From the human T2T-CHM13v2.0 reference genome, Homo sapiens, in assembly GCF_009914755.1 (NCBI RefSeq), contig NC_060930.1: DNA of 64,000 nucleotides; one strand, given 5' to 3'. Made by a program: the position numbers and the translations under genes. The stretch's first letter is position 1, and each line of letters starts with the position of its first letter. This document shows, one piece after another, positions 1 through 15,590 of this stretch. Below the pieces are notes generated by a model. It searched no databases. It was not told where the DNA came from and saw nothing but the letters and a program-made list of their open reading frames with translations.

Positions 1-52
1 CCTCGGCCTCCCAAAGTGCTGGGATTACAGGTGTGAGCCACAGTGTCCGGCC
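1..52 (-). mobile_element. Alu 5' end (element runs off the window start)
   Basis: cctcggcctcccaaagtgctgggattacaggtgtgagccac is the reverse complement of the Alu left-arm start. Confidence 0.9.
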
Positions 53-248
53 ACCTTGCTTTTTTTTTTTTTTTTTTAACAAATTAATTAATACATTATT
101 TTGAATAGGTAATGCATATTATACGTCACTAAATTTAAAAGGAACAAATAAGTACACAATGAAAAGCAGATCTTCTACCCTGTTCTGTAGCCCTCTCTCC
201 TGAGACAGGCACAGTCACCCTCTTCCTGTGATTTCCCTCCAAGGTGGT

Positions 249-621
249 TGCTATCATCTGAATGCATGTATGCCCCCAAAATTCATATGTTGAAATTCTA
301 ACCAAAGCCCTAAGTAATGATAGTGTTGGGAAATGGGCCCTTTGAGAAATGATTAGGTCATGAGGGTGGACCTCTCATGATTGAGATTAGTGCCCTTATA
401 AAAGGGACCCAAAAGTGCTAGCTAGCCACTTCGACCATATGAGGACCCAGTGTCAAGGTGGCATCTATGAAGCAGGAAACAGGCCATCACCCGACATCAG
501 ATCTGTTGGCCCCTTGATCTTGGACTTCGTGACCTCCAGAATTCTGAGAAATAAATTTCTGTTGTTTATAAGCCACTTAGTTTCTGGTATTTTGTTATAG
601 CCTCCCAAGTGGACCAAGAGA
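249..621 (+). mobile_element. MLT1A-like MaLR solo LTR
   Basis: MLT1-type start (tgctat..ctgaatg..cccccaaaattcatatgttgaa) and end (aataaatttctgttgtttataagccac). Perfect 5-bp TSD GTGGT at 244-248 and 622-626. Confidence 0.85.
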
Positions 622-1453
622 GTGGTCAAAGAACATGCAGACATATACATGTCTCCGTGTTTGCCACACAAATAGCATTGCATCGTATACCTGCCATCAT
701 CTGCCTCCAGCACCATATCTTGGCAGCTGCTCCCCATTACTGCGAATTCATTCCACAGTCCAATTAACCAGACCCCCATTGAAGGACACTGGGGTTGTCC
801 CTCCATCTCTTGCTACTTACAAACATGCTTCCATGACTATCCCTGTGCAGATGTCCTGTCACAAAGTATATGTCTACATCCTGCAGTATTTCCTTATGAG
901 GGGAGGAGGAGTGCATAATTTATTTAGCCAACTCAATATTGAAAATCATTTAGGTGATTTCCAATTTCTATGAAACAAACATTGCTGCATGAACATCCTT
1001 GTACATAAATCTCTTAGAATAATTCCATAAAAAGAAAGCGTTAGGTCAACATGTATTTGAAATTTAAATTTTTGTCAATATTGCCGATTTTCCTTCCAAA
1101 GAGCTTGCACTAACTTATACCTCTCCCAACTGTGTTTAAGAGTGCCTCTTCCCCTGCGGCCTTGCCTAAAGTGCTTATTATAAAAACTGTGATCTTTGAC
1201 AATCTAATACGTGAAAAATATTATCCTGCTGGTAAGTTTTAATTAGCATTTATTTAATTATTCATGTGACTGGCCATTTTCTCCTTATGCTTATAAATCA
1301 TCTCTCTGTCTCTAGTTGTTCTTTGCCCTGTTCTTTTTCCTGTTGCGTTGTAGGTCCTTTTCTTATTGAATTGCAAAACTTTTAAAAATATATTCAGTAA
1401 ATTAGCTCTGTCTCCTATACATATGAGTTTATGTGTGTGTACATGTGAGAGGG

Positions 1454-2142
1454 TGGAGAAATAAAAATAAAATCCTAAGCCCCTCAACCAACTGAATGGA
1501 TCCCTCTTGGCCATTGGGACACCAGAGAAACCTTGAAAACCGAGTTCCCAGCCATGATGGGGTGGGAGATCAGAACAACTCATTCTACTCTCTCCCTCGC
1601 CAACCACCATTAGGCTTCTTCCCTAAGTGTTAAACAGAAACCAGCCCTTTTGAAAGACTGGCTCCGCAACTGATATCAATCAACTGCCTGATGCTGCCTC
1701 TCCCTTTTTGCGGTCTCAACACAACTGACCAGCATTCTCTCCTGATAAGATACCACTGACCAAGGAGTGATTCTGGCCAGTCTACAGGGGCTGCACACAA
1801 AGGGCCTTCATGTCCTCTACTTCACCTGTTGAAGTCAGAGGGCCAGAAACCCCACCCTCAGATCCATGAGGAGGCACGAAGCTCAGTTGCACATGTGCAT
1901 GTTTCTCCTTTAATAAATATTTATGACTCCTCTGATAGCTTATTAATTATGTATATCCAGCCACCTCACTCAGCATAAATTCCTATTCCTGTTACCCCTC
2001 CCATGAAGTGCCTGTTACTGGCTTCTGACCGGAGGCTACGCTTCCCAGCCTGTCAGAATGGCCACACTGCAAGCTGCAAACCTTTAGGAGAAATGAAGCT
2101 CTCCTTTCCAAATTTATGAACCTTATCATTCTTTAGTTGATA
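1454..2142 (+). mobile_element. ERV1 MER4-group solo LTR (MER4B/D-like)
   Basis: aaaaataaaatcctaagcccctcaaccaactgaatggatccctcttggcc matches the recalled MER4-group LTR 5' end; ends ..agttgata. Confidence 0.65.
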
Positions 2143-2165
2143 ATGTGTATAAAATATATTCCTTA

Positions 2166-2516
<351 letters not shown>

Positions 2517-2692
2517 CTATGCAGAAATCTAAATATTTTACGTAGTTAAACTTACTGGTCTTTTCTTTTGCTGCTTCTAATTTTGTCATAGATGGACTAA
2601 GAAAGTCAGGATCCACTGAGATAATCAAATTATATGGAATTATTTCATGTTTATTTCTAGTATTTTAAAAAATCATTTAACTATCTTACCCT

Positions 2693-3612
2693 TGTTAAAT
2701 AAAAACCGTAAGAGGTATCAACCTCACAAAAGACACTAGAGAAAATTATCTTTAAATATGTGGGGTTTTCTCAGGAGTAGAAATAAGGGTTATAATCCAT
2801 AACACATGAAATGGCAAGCCACCAGTGCATTTGATGAGGGAAGAGTAAAGGGAGCTTTAATTAGCAAAAAGAGATTTACATATGCTGATTAGAAACAGAA
2901 TTGATTGGTTCCAAAGATTCAAAGCCACAGTTGTTGCAGTCACTGGGAGAGTGCTCTTTTGGGGACATCTGAGTTAATGCAGTCCTTATCAAAGCAGGAG
3001 ATGCATGAAGAATATGAAAAGGTTAGAAAGGCCTTGGAAATAGTTCTTATCTCAGACATGTAGGATATGAGCCTACTCTCCTTTGGGCCTTCCTGACCCT
3101 ATTTTGTCTGGGTCTCACAGAGGTGATTTCACCCTAGTAGCTGCAACTTTCACAGAGACCATTGTTTTGGACTAAGCTCCTCTAATAGGCCCCAACCAAT
3201 CAGACTAAAAATCAAAATGGTGCCACTTGTGCTCAGGTTCCACATCACTAAACCGAAACTGAGTTGTTCTCTGACCTTCTAAGAAATCAGGATAATGAAG
3301 TTCCCTCTGCTTTAATCCTTACCAAAAAACAAAAGGTAACCTGAAGTAATCTAATGTTAACCAATCGGTTATTTCTCTATTGTTCTGTTTTTCTGTTCCT
3401 GCCCCACAAGAAAAGTAATTTTGAAATGACCAATCTATGTTTTGTTCTTTGCTTCTGCTTTTTTCAGCCCTTTTCTGTCTGTAAAATCAACCTCCTCTAT
3501 TCAGCTCATTGGAACACTTTTTCTAGTTTATGGAAAGAAGAGTTGCTTGAGTTTAGAATTGCAATAAAGTCAGCTGAGATCTTTAAGTTCATTGTAATTT
3601 TGTTTTTTGACA
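2693..3612 (+). mobile_element. ERV1 solo LTR (subfamily unassigned), interrupted by a second LTR
   Basis: tgttaaataaaa..gagg resumes as ..ccattgttttggactaagctcct at 3159 and ends ..ttttgaca; same family as 53040-54679. Confidence 0.7.
2716..3154 (-). mobile_element. ERV1-type solo LTR nested in the 2693-3612 LTR
   Basis: Ends ctgcaactttcaca (reverse complement TGTGAAAGTTGCAG, an LTR-type start); 4-bp TSD gagg/gaga. Confidence 0.6.
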
Positions 3613-3674
3613 CACTTAAGTTTGCGATCCAATTGGAATTTATTTTGATATAAGAAACAAAAAAATGATACTTC

Positions 3675-3970
3675 TTTGTTTGTTTTTGAGACAGGGTCTC
3701 ACTCTGTCACCCAGGCTGGAGTACAGTGGCATGATCATGGCTCATTCTGCAGCCTCAAATACCTGGGCTCAAGCAATCCTCTCATCACAGCCTCCTGAGT
3801 AGCTGGGACCACAGGCATGTGTCACCATGCCCTGCTAATTTTTGTATTTTTTGTAGAGACAGACTTTCACCACATTACCCAGGCTGGCCTCGAACTCCCG
3901 GGCTCAAGCAAGCTGCCCGCGTCTGCCTCCCAAAGTGCTGGGATTACAGGCATGAGCCACCATGCCTGGT
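3675..3970 (-). mobile_element. AluJ-like
   Basis: gagacagggtctcactctgtcacccaggctgg...gagccaccatgcc with J-type wording (gggctcaagcaatcct). Confidence 0.9.
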
Positions 3971-4064
3971 GGAAAAAAATCAGTGATACACTTTTTTCAA
4001 TGGAATAGTCATTTAAACCAACACCATTTATTGAATTATGTATCCCCCACTGATTTGAAGCAAG

Positions 4065-4449
<385 letters not shown>

Positions 4450-6087
4450 TGAGACACTGCACACACTACAACAGCCGTGTGCCCCCAGATGTGAAGCTGA
4501 CCTCTTCCGAGGAACGTGTTAACATTCACGTCTGTGCTCCTGGTTAGGTCTCCTCCCTCTGAATGCGCAGTCACCTCAGGTGCCCATGTGTTCCTCCTAG
4601 TCGGCACTCCACACCACCAACCTAGCGGGGCTCCAGGTACTATTTGGCAGCCACAAATAAAACTCCTAATCAAAACATCACCTCAAAAATGAGCATGGTT
4701 ACTAATGTAAGAGAAGCAATGTATACAACTTCCTTCACCAATCTTGAAGCAAAAACTCAAAGGAGAAGGAACTTGAAAGCATCATAAATAGACAGGCAGC
4801 CAATCAACCAGGATAGAAAGCAAGAGCTGTGGGCTCTTGCTCCAGTTAACATGACTTTTGACAAGTCTTCTCCCATCTTGGGGTCTTCCCTTTCTTACCT
4901 ATGGAATATCAGAGTTACACTAGAAAATCTCTAAGGTTTCTTCAGCAATAATAATAACTGAGATTCTAGAAGAGGCTTGGAGCCTCTTTCCAAGGTTTAT
5001 TTCTCAATTCCGATGGAATCTTTGATGAGATCTCCCAGTTGAAGCTCATGCCCCAAGGGTTCCTTGACTTTGCTTTGTTCTGGCGGCCTCAGATCAGGAC
5101 TGCAGAAGGAAGCCTCTTGTTTGTGTTGTCATCATTTTCAAAAGCCGCTTCAAAAATTTCTCATGAAACCAGCAATCTCCCACCTTCCCGTGTCTTTCCT
5201 TTGAAAGAAACAGTACATTAAGATGGCCACCCCAATCTTAATAAGGTTCCCATTTCAGCCAAGATGGCTAGACACTGAGACACAAGCATGTGGTCTCTGC
5301 AGGGAATTTGACCCTTGGAAAAAAGGAAATGCTGAGTCTATCTCTTGATAACGGGAACAGGCTTCTTCTGAGGACCTTGGATGCAGCCTGCATGACCAAG
5401 GAATGGGTATAGAATGCAAAAAATCCAGGTTATGGCTGTTTCTACCCTGAAGCAACAAAATCAGGAAGTTCTCAAAGCAGTTATTTCACAAGAAGTTTTG
5501 GGAATTTGGAGCATGGGAACGATTACTACCTGTTTGCTTGTTTTCAATAATTAGGATTTTTTTTAAGTGTACAGAAGTACACATCTAACACACAAAGCAG
5601 CCTGAAATTAGAAACCCAGAGCTTTATATTGATGAGTCTTGGCTAAGAGTTCATTTAAACAGAGGGCTGCACAGATACAGATGGAATTGTGGAGGAGGAA
5701 AGGAGATCATTAAATGCTATGAATTTTGATACGTGTGAGTTTCAGAGCAAGTGAAGATTCGCTATACACATATTTGTTAGCACTTTACATTTTCAGATAG
5801 AATAGAGAAGTGACAGAAAAAAATGAAAAGAACGGAGCCTCAACATCTACAGGCTTTGCTATTAATAATTCAGTGGCATATTCTGGTTGTCCAAGAAGCT
5901 TCTGGATTCCATTTTGTGGTTATAACAATCTAGCATGAAAAGACCTAATTGCTATTCATTCATATTACGTAGAAAAAACCCTGAAAGGACTCATTTCAAC
6001 TGCCAGCAGTATTTCCCTCCGGGAATAAGACAAGGGTGAATGAAAAAGAAAGGGAATGGAAACGTTCACTTTTTACTTTATTTCTAT

Positions 6088-9000
6088 GTGTTTTATTTTA
6101 TTTATTTTTAGTTTTTGTGGGTGCACAGCAGATATATATCTTTATGGGGTACATGAGATTTTTTGATACAGGCATGAAAGGCGCAATAATCACATCATGG
6201 AGAATGGGGTATCACCAACAAATGTTGGTGAGGATGTGGGAAAAAAAACTGTACACCGTTGGTGGGAATGTAAATTTTAACTGGGGTGAGATAATATTTA
6301 ATTGTAGTTTTTATTTACATTTCTCTGATAATCAATGATGTTGAGCACCTTTTCATATACCTGCTTGCCATTTGTATGTCTTCTTTTGAGAAATATCTAT
6401 TCAAATCTTTTGTACATTTTAATCAAATTATTACATTTTTTTCTAAGTTATTTGAGCTCCTTATATATTCTGGTTATTAATCTCTTGTCAGACAAGGAAC
6501 TTGCAAATATTTTCTCTCATTCTGTGGGTTGTCTCTTCACTTTGTTGATTGTTTCCTTTGCTGTGCAGAAGCTTTTTAACTTGATGTAATCCCATCTGTT
6601 CATTTTTGGTTTGGTTATCTGTGCTTTGGAGGAATTACTCAATAAATCTTTGCCTAGTCCAGTATCCTAGAGGGTTTCCCCAATGTTTTCTTTTAGTATT
6701 AATAGTTTCACGGTTTGAGGTCTTAGATCTAGGCCTTTAATCCATTTGGATTTAATTTTTGCATATAGTGAGAGACAGGGGTCTAATTTCATTCTTCTGC
6801 ATATAGATATCCAGTTTTCCTAGCATCATTTTTTTTTTGAGATGGAGTCTGCAACCTCCGCCTCCCGGGTTCAAATGATGCTCCTGCCTCAGCCTCCCAA
6901 GTAGCTGGGACTACAGGCGTGCACCACCCCTGCCTAGCTAATTTTTATATTTTCAGTACAGATGGGGTTTTTCCATGTTGGCCAGTCTGGTCTTGAACTC
7001 CTGACCTCAAGTGATCTGCCCGCCTCAGCCTCCCAAAGTGCTGAGATTACAGGCATGAGCCACCACACCCAGCTGCAACGTCATTTATTGAAGAGACCGT
7101 CCTTTCCCCCAATGTATATTTTTGGAAACTTTGTCAAAAATCAGTTCACTGTAGATGTATGGATTTATTTTTGGGTTCTCTATTCTGTTCCATTGGCCTG
7201 TGTCTCTGTTTTTATGCCAGGACTATTTTGTTTTGATTATTATGCTCTGTGGTATAATTTGAAGTCAGGTACTGGGATTCCTCCAGTTTTGTTCTTTTTG
7301 CTCAGGATAGCTTTGGCTCTTCTGGGCGTTTGTAATTTAGAATAAATTTTAGGGTTGTTTTTTCTATTTCAGTGAAGAAAGTCACTGGTATTTTGACAGG
7401 GATTGCATTCAATCTGTAGATTGCTTTGGGTGGTATGGACATTTTAACAATATTGATTCTTCCAATCCATGAACATGGAATATCTTTTCTTTTTTGTGTG
7501 TCCTCTTCAATTTCTTTCATCAGTGATTTACTGTTTTCATTGCAGAGGTCTTTCACTTCTTTGGTTAAGTTAATTCCTAGGTATTTAATTTTATTTATAG
7601 GTATTGTAAATGAGACTCTTTTCTTGATTTTTTTTCAGATTGTTCACTGTTGGCATAGAGAAATGCTATGGATTTTTGTATGTTTATTTTGTATCCTGCA
7701 ACTTTACTGAATTTGTTTATTAGTTCTAATAGTTTTTTTGGTGGAGTCCTTAGGTTTTTCCAAATGTAAGATTATATCATCTGCAAACAAGGATAATTTG
7801 ACTTCTTCCTTTCCAATTTGGATGCCCTTTATTTCTTTCTTTTGTCTGATTGCTCTAGCTAGGACTTCCAGTACTATGTTGAGTAACAGTGGGTGACAGT
7901 GGGCATCCTTGTCGTGTTCCAGGTCTTAAAGGAAAGGCTTTCAGTTTTTCCCCATTCAGCAAGAAATTAGCTGTGGGTCTGTCATTTATGGCTTCTATTG
8001 AGATATGTTCTTTCTGTACTCAGATTTTTTTAGGGTTTTTTTTTAATCAAGAAGATGTTAAATTTTATCAAACGCTTTTTCAGAATCAGTTGAAAGGATC
8101 ATGTGGTTTTTGTCCTCCATTCTGTTGATATGATGTACCACATTGATTGATTTGCATATGTTGAACCATCCTTGCTTCCCAGGGATAAATCCCACTTGGT
8201 CATCATGAATGTTCTTTTTAATATGTTATTGAATTTGGTTTGCTAGCGTTTTGTTGAAGATTTTTGTATGAATATTCATCAGGGATAACAGCCTGTAGTT
8301 TTCTTTTTTTGATTTGTCTTTGTCTGGTTTTGGCATCAGGATAATACTGGCCTCATAGAATGAGTTTGGAAGTATTTCCTCCTCCTCTATTTTTCAGAAG
8401 AGTTTGGGTAGGATTGGTATTCATTCTTTAAAGGTTTGGTAGGATTCAGCAGTGGGGCCATCAGGTCACAGGCTTTGCTGCAAGACTTTTTGTTATGATT
8501 TTAATCTCATTACTTGTTTTTGATCTGTTCAGGTTTTGAATTTCTTCATGGTTCAGTCTTGGTAGGTTGTATGTGTCTAGGCATTTACCCATTTCTTCTA
8601 GATTTTCCAATTTATTGGCATATAGTTGCTCATAGTAGCCACTAATGATCCTTTGAATTTCTGTAATATCAGTTTTAGTGTCTCCTTTTTCATTTCTGCT
8701 TTTATTTATTTGGGTCTTCCCTCTCTTTTGCTCAGTCTGGCTAAATGTCAATTTTGTTTATCTTTTTAAAAAGCCAACTTGTCATTTCATTGATCTTTTA
8801 TATTGTTTTCTTCATTTCTATTTCATTTATTTCTGCTCTGATCTTTATTATTTCTTTTCTTCAACTAATTTTGGGTTTAGTTTTCTCTTGCTTTTCTAGT
8901 TCTTTGAGATGCATTGTTAGGTTGTTCATTTGAAGTTTTTCTTCTTTTTTGTTGTAGGCACTTATAGCTCTAAAATTCCCTCTTAGTAATGCTTTTGCTG

Positions 9001-9195
9001 TATCCCATAGGTTTTGATAGTTGTGTTTCCATTATCATTTGTTTCAAAACATTTTTCAATTTTCTTCTTAATTTCTTCATTGACCCACGGTTAGTCAGGA
9101 GCATATTGTTTAATTTCCATGTATTTGTACAGCTTCCAAAATTCCTCTTGTTATTGATTTCTAGTTTTATTCCATTGTGGTCAGAGAAGATGCCC
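6088..9195 (-). mobile_element. L1 (L1MA/L1PB-like), 5'-truncated, decayed ORF2
   Basis: Minus-strand ORFs 7302-7556 (..[40 protein letters not shown]) and 8461-8751 (..[15 protein letters not shown]) are L1 ORF2p segments; 3' end and T-rich tail near 6088. Confidence 0.92.
6829..7074 (-). mobile_element. AluS with ~50-bp right-arm deletion, inside L1
   Basis: gagatggagtct|gcaacctccgcc skips the usual ctcgctctgtcgcccaggctgg.. segment. Confidence 0.9.
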
Positions 9196-9553
9196 TGGAA
9201 CCACTTGAGAAAAACAGCAAACATGCCACAGACTCCTCTTTTTGAGAGGAAGCTCTGTCTTTCCTGATGGATCCCCAAGAATTCTAAGTGGACAGATTTC
9301 TCTCAAGTCTAAAGCTTTACTCTCTTTTGCATTCAACTCCTTGATCTCTTTGGCCTTTAGATGCATACATATAGACATATATGTTATATGATGTGTCTAC
9401 ATGTATATATATGTCTATATATATTTGTATATTGTCTACATGGTTCCAATTAACTTAAAGATAAATGAGTACTCATTCATTAAATAAATAAATAAGCCCA
9501 AATGTTTTTCAAGTTCATAAGACTTGAATAAGTCTTTTGATTTATAAGACTAG

Positions 9554-9976
<423 letters not shown>

Positions 9977-10325
9977 TGATACTTGCCTAACATACAGTAA
10001 TATAAAATGGTTAATAGAGGATTTAACTTGAGATAATGGCTAGATTTGTCCAATGTCTCATAAAATCTTCCAAACATAATTGTTAAAATTAAATAAAATT
10101 TAAATTGTTAAAATAAAATAGATGTACATGAGATAAAAGTTTTAAAATGAACTTTTTAATAATAATCATGTTTTCTAATATGTTTGCTTAAAAAGGTTTC
10201 TCAAATCTTTTTGGTAGCTATATGCTTAGAATTTTGCCAAGCAAAATTAAATGATGGATATTCATTTCTAGGTTATTTCCAATAAGATCTAATGTTAAGC
10301 TATTAATTACTAAATATGGGTTTAA

Positions 10326-10679
<354 letters not shown>

Positions 10680-11749
10680 TAAATCTGTTAGTAAATATGT
10701 TCTGTTCCACATTTAAAAATTGTTCCATTAGAAAGCCTATGTTTCTAAAAATCATAAAATGTGTATTCATAAATTGTTATTATGTGACTGACAGTTAAAA
10801 CTTGCTTACTTCTTAGGTTTTCACTATGAATTAAGGTTACTAATAATTAAAATTCTGACTAGTAAAATGAGATAAAAATGGAAATAATTCTGTATACAGA
10901 GTATATAAGGAAAGTACGACATGTTTTATCAAGGAAATTATGAAGTATGAGAATATGTTTTTATTTTAAAAAGTGATTTTGTGTAGTTTACAAGTTATTT
11001 GAAAGTTGTTTCAGAAGAAATAAAAGAATGGAAAAATGAGCTAGATAAACTGAATGGATACAGAAAGTCAGGGGAAAGAAAGCGAGGGGAAATATTTTAT
11101 AAGTGGTTATAGAATGTTTATAGAAATCTTACATTGTGTGGTAAAGCTAATTGTGATTAGATGGATATGATAGATTTGTTTATAAGGTTTTATTGAAATT
11201 GTTTAGTGTTAATAATATAACTGATACAGAGGTAGAATTTGGTTTTCTTTTTTGAATAAGATTTTTATGTAATATTAACAAGAGACAATAAAAGACTTTG
11301 GTTCACCTTTTGAGTAAACTGAAAGAAAAAAAAAGGAAGAGAGTTTGCTTCCTGCTGTCTTTATTAGATCTTTTGTTTGGAAAATTGAGTCTTCCCTCTA
11401 TCAAAGAGTAATGGTTTTTATTTTCTGACGTCTTCTAGTAATCACTTGGCTAAATGAATGACTTTTATTTTACAGTGATCTGTGATTCTATTTTAATCAA
11501 GTGTTTTAAACTTTTGTTACACTTAACAGCCTTCCCAAGATCAAATTTCGTATTCTAAATTAAGTGTTTTTTTAGCCTCAAACTAGTTTTTTGACATTCA
11601 ACAGACGGGCCCTTGGAAGTCCAAGAGAGATATATTAGTCTTATTTGGTATGTTAAATTACACAGGAGACATTGTCAAATAAAAAATGTTTAATCTTCTT
11701 TGAGTTATATGTATATAAATGTATTTTTTAATTTAAAAATAAAAAAAAA

Positions 11750-11843
11750 AATAGTGACGGGGTCTTTCTATGTTGCCCAAGCGATCCTCCCACCTCAGCC
11801 TCCCAAAGTGCTGAGATCCCAGGCATCAGCCACTGCACCCAGA
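11750..11843 (-). mobile_element. Alu left-monomer fragment with deletion
   Basis: tatgttgccca|agcgatcctcccacctcagcctcccaaagtgctg. Confidence 0.75.
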
Positions 11844-11899
11844 CTAAATGTATTATTTTACATGTGTTTAACATTGCGTTAGTTTTTTTTTTTAACTCT

Positions 11900-12003
11900 G
11901 ATAGACTTGCTTGATGTAGGGTTGCCACAAACCTTCAATCTGTAAAAAATGCAGTTTCTGTAAAGTGCAATAAAGTTAGGTGCAATGAAACAAGGTATGC
12001 CTA
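11900..12003 (-). mobile_element. Tigger1 terminal fragment with one terminal inverted repeat (TIR)
   Basis: gggttgccacaaaccttcaat..caataaag..aggtatgccta, near-identical to 52815-52925. Confidence 0.85.
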
Positions 12004-12009
12004 TATTTA

Positions 12010-12652
<643 letters not shown>

Positions 12653-13373
12653 CCTAAAACATTTTTAAAAATCCACATTGAGTCATTATACTCCATGCAT
12701 GGGGAGGAGGGTTTGACCAGACGAGATTGTCTCAGATTCTCTACCCAGAGCTTCCGGTCTCTGCTGAAGGCCATCCCTGTGGACTTGTCTACCAGCTCCT
12801 CTCCCCTATTTTTGCAGGGATGATTGTAAAGTTCCTTTGCTGACCTGCCCTTCAGGTTGTGGTATGAGTTGGGGGCCAGAAGGGCAGTGTGAAAGATTGT
12901 CCTGGTAGGTTGGCAGGGAGCTGGGAGTGGTGAAAGACTCAAGGTCAGCCAGTGAGGTCAGAACCAGAGACACCCGCATCTTTGCTGGGATTCTTCATCT
13001 CTGTCTTGAACGAGCCTCTAGAAAATGAAGGACTTTCAAGGTGAAAATTCCACCTTGTAGAATGAGGCAGCCTCTTGAGCTTACCAACCTAGCAGGCTAA
13101 GTGAGAACCCAGATGAGGAGGTGGGTCTGGGGGCGGGGGGAGTGGGGGCAATTGGGCTGTATTCACGGGAGGGATTCCCCTTCCAGGAGGCTGGAGAAGC
13201 TTAGGATGCAGCAGGTTTCTTGCTAAGAAATGCACCAGCATGGAGCATTTAGAGAGGTTCAAGGTGACGAGAACGAGATAAATCTCCGACTCTAGCCCCC
13301 AGTGACTGTGGGTGACTGAGCAATATTCTCAGGGGTCCCACTGTCCAGCCAATGGATGTTGATATTATTTTCA

Positions 13374-13740
<367 letters not shown>

Positions 13741-14129
13741 TCTGGGTTAAATTGTGCCCTTTATGCTGGGAAGGTGGGGGCAGAGGAGAATGGAAATTAC
13801 CTGGTTTAATTACATATAATTAAACTATGCCTTTCTCCCACTCCCCAAATAAGAGCAATATCAGTTATCATGCCACGAGCATCATTGGATGTTTACAGCA
13901 TGTACATTTTGCATGTACAAACATACAAAAAATTCTCCTCTGAGTTAGACTTTCCTATGTTTATACTCCCTTGACAACCCTGCTTCTTGTCTGAGTCCAC
14001 CTCTGATCCCTACCTACTGCTTCCACCATCTTCAGCCTCAAATTCCACATCCAAACATTGAGCCTGGATAGTTTAGATAGCTTTGTACCTTGTTACCCTA
14101 CTCCTCAGTATCCTTTTTTTTTTTTTTCA

Positions 14130-15590
<1,461 letters not shown>

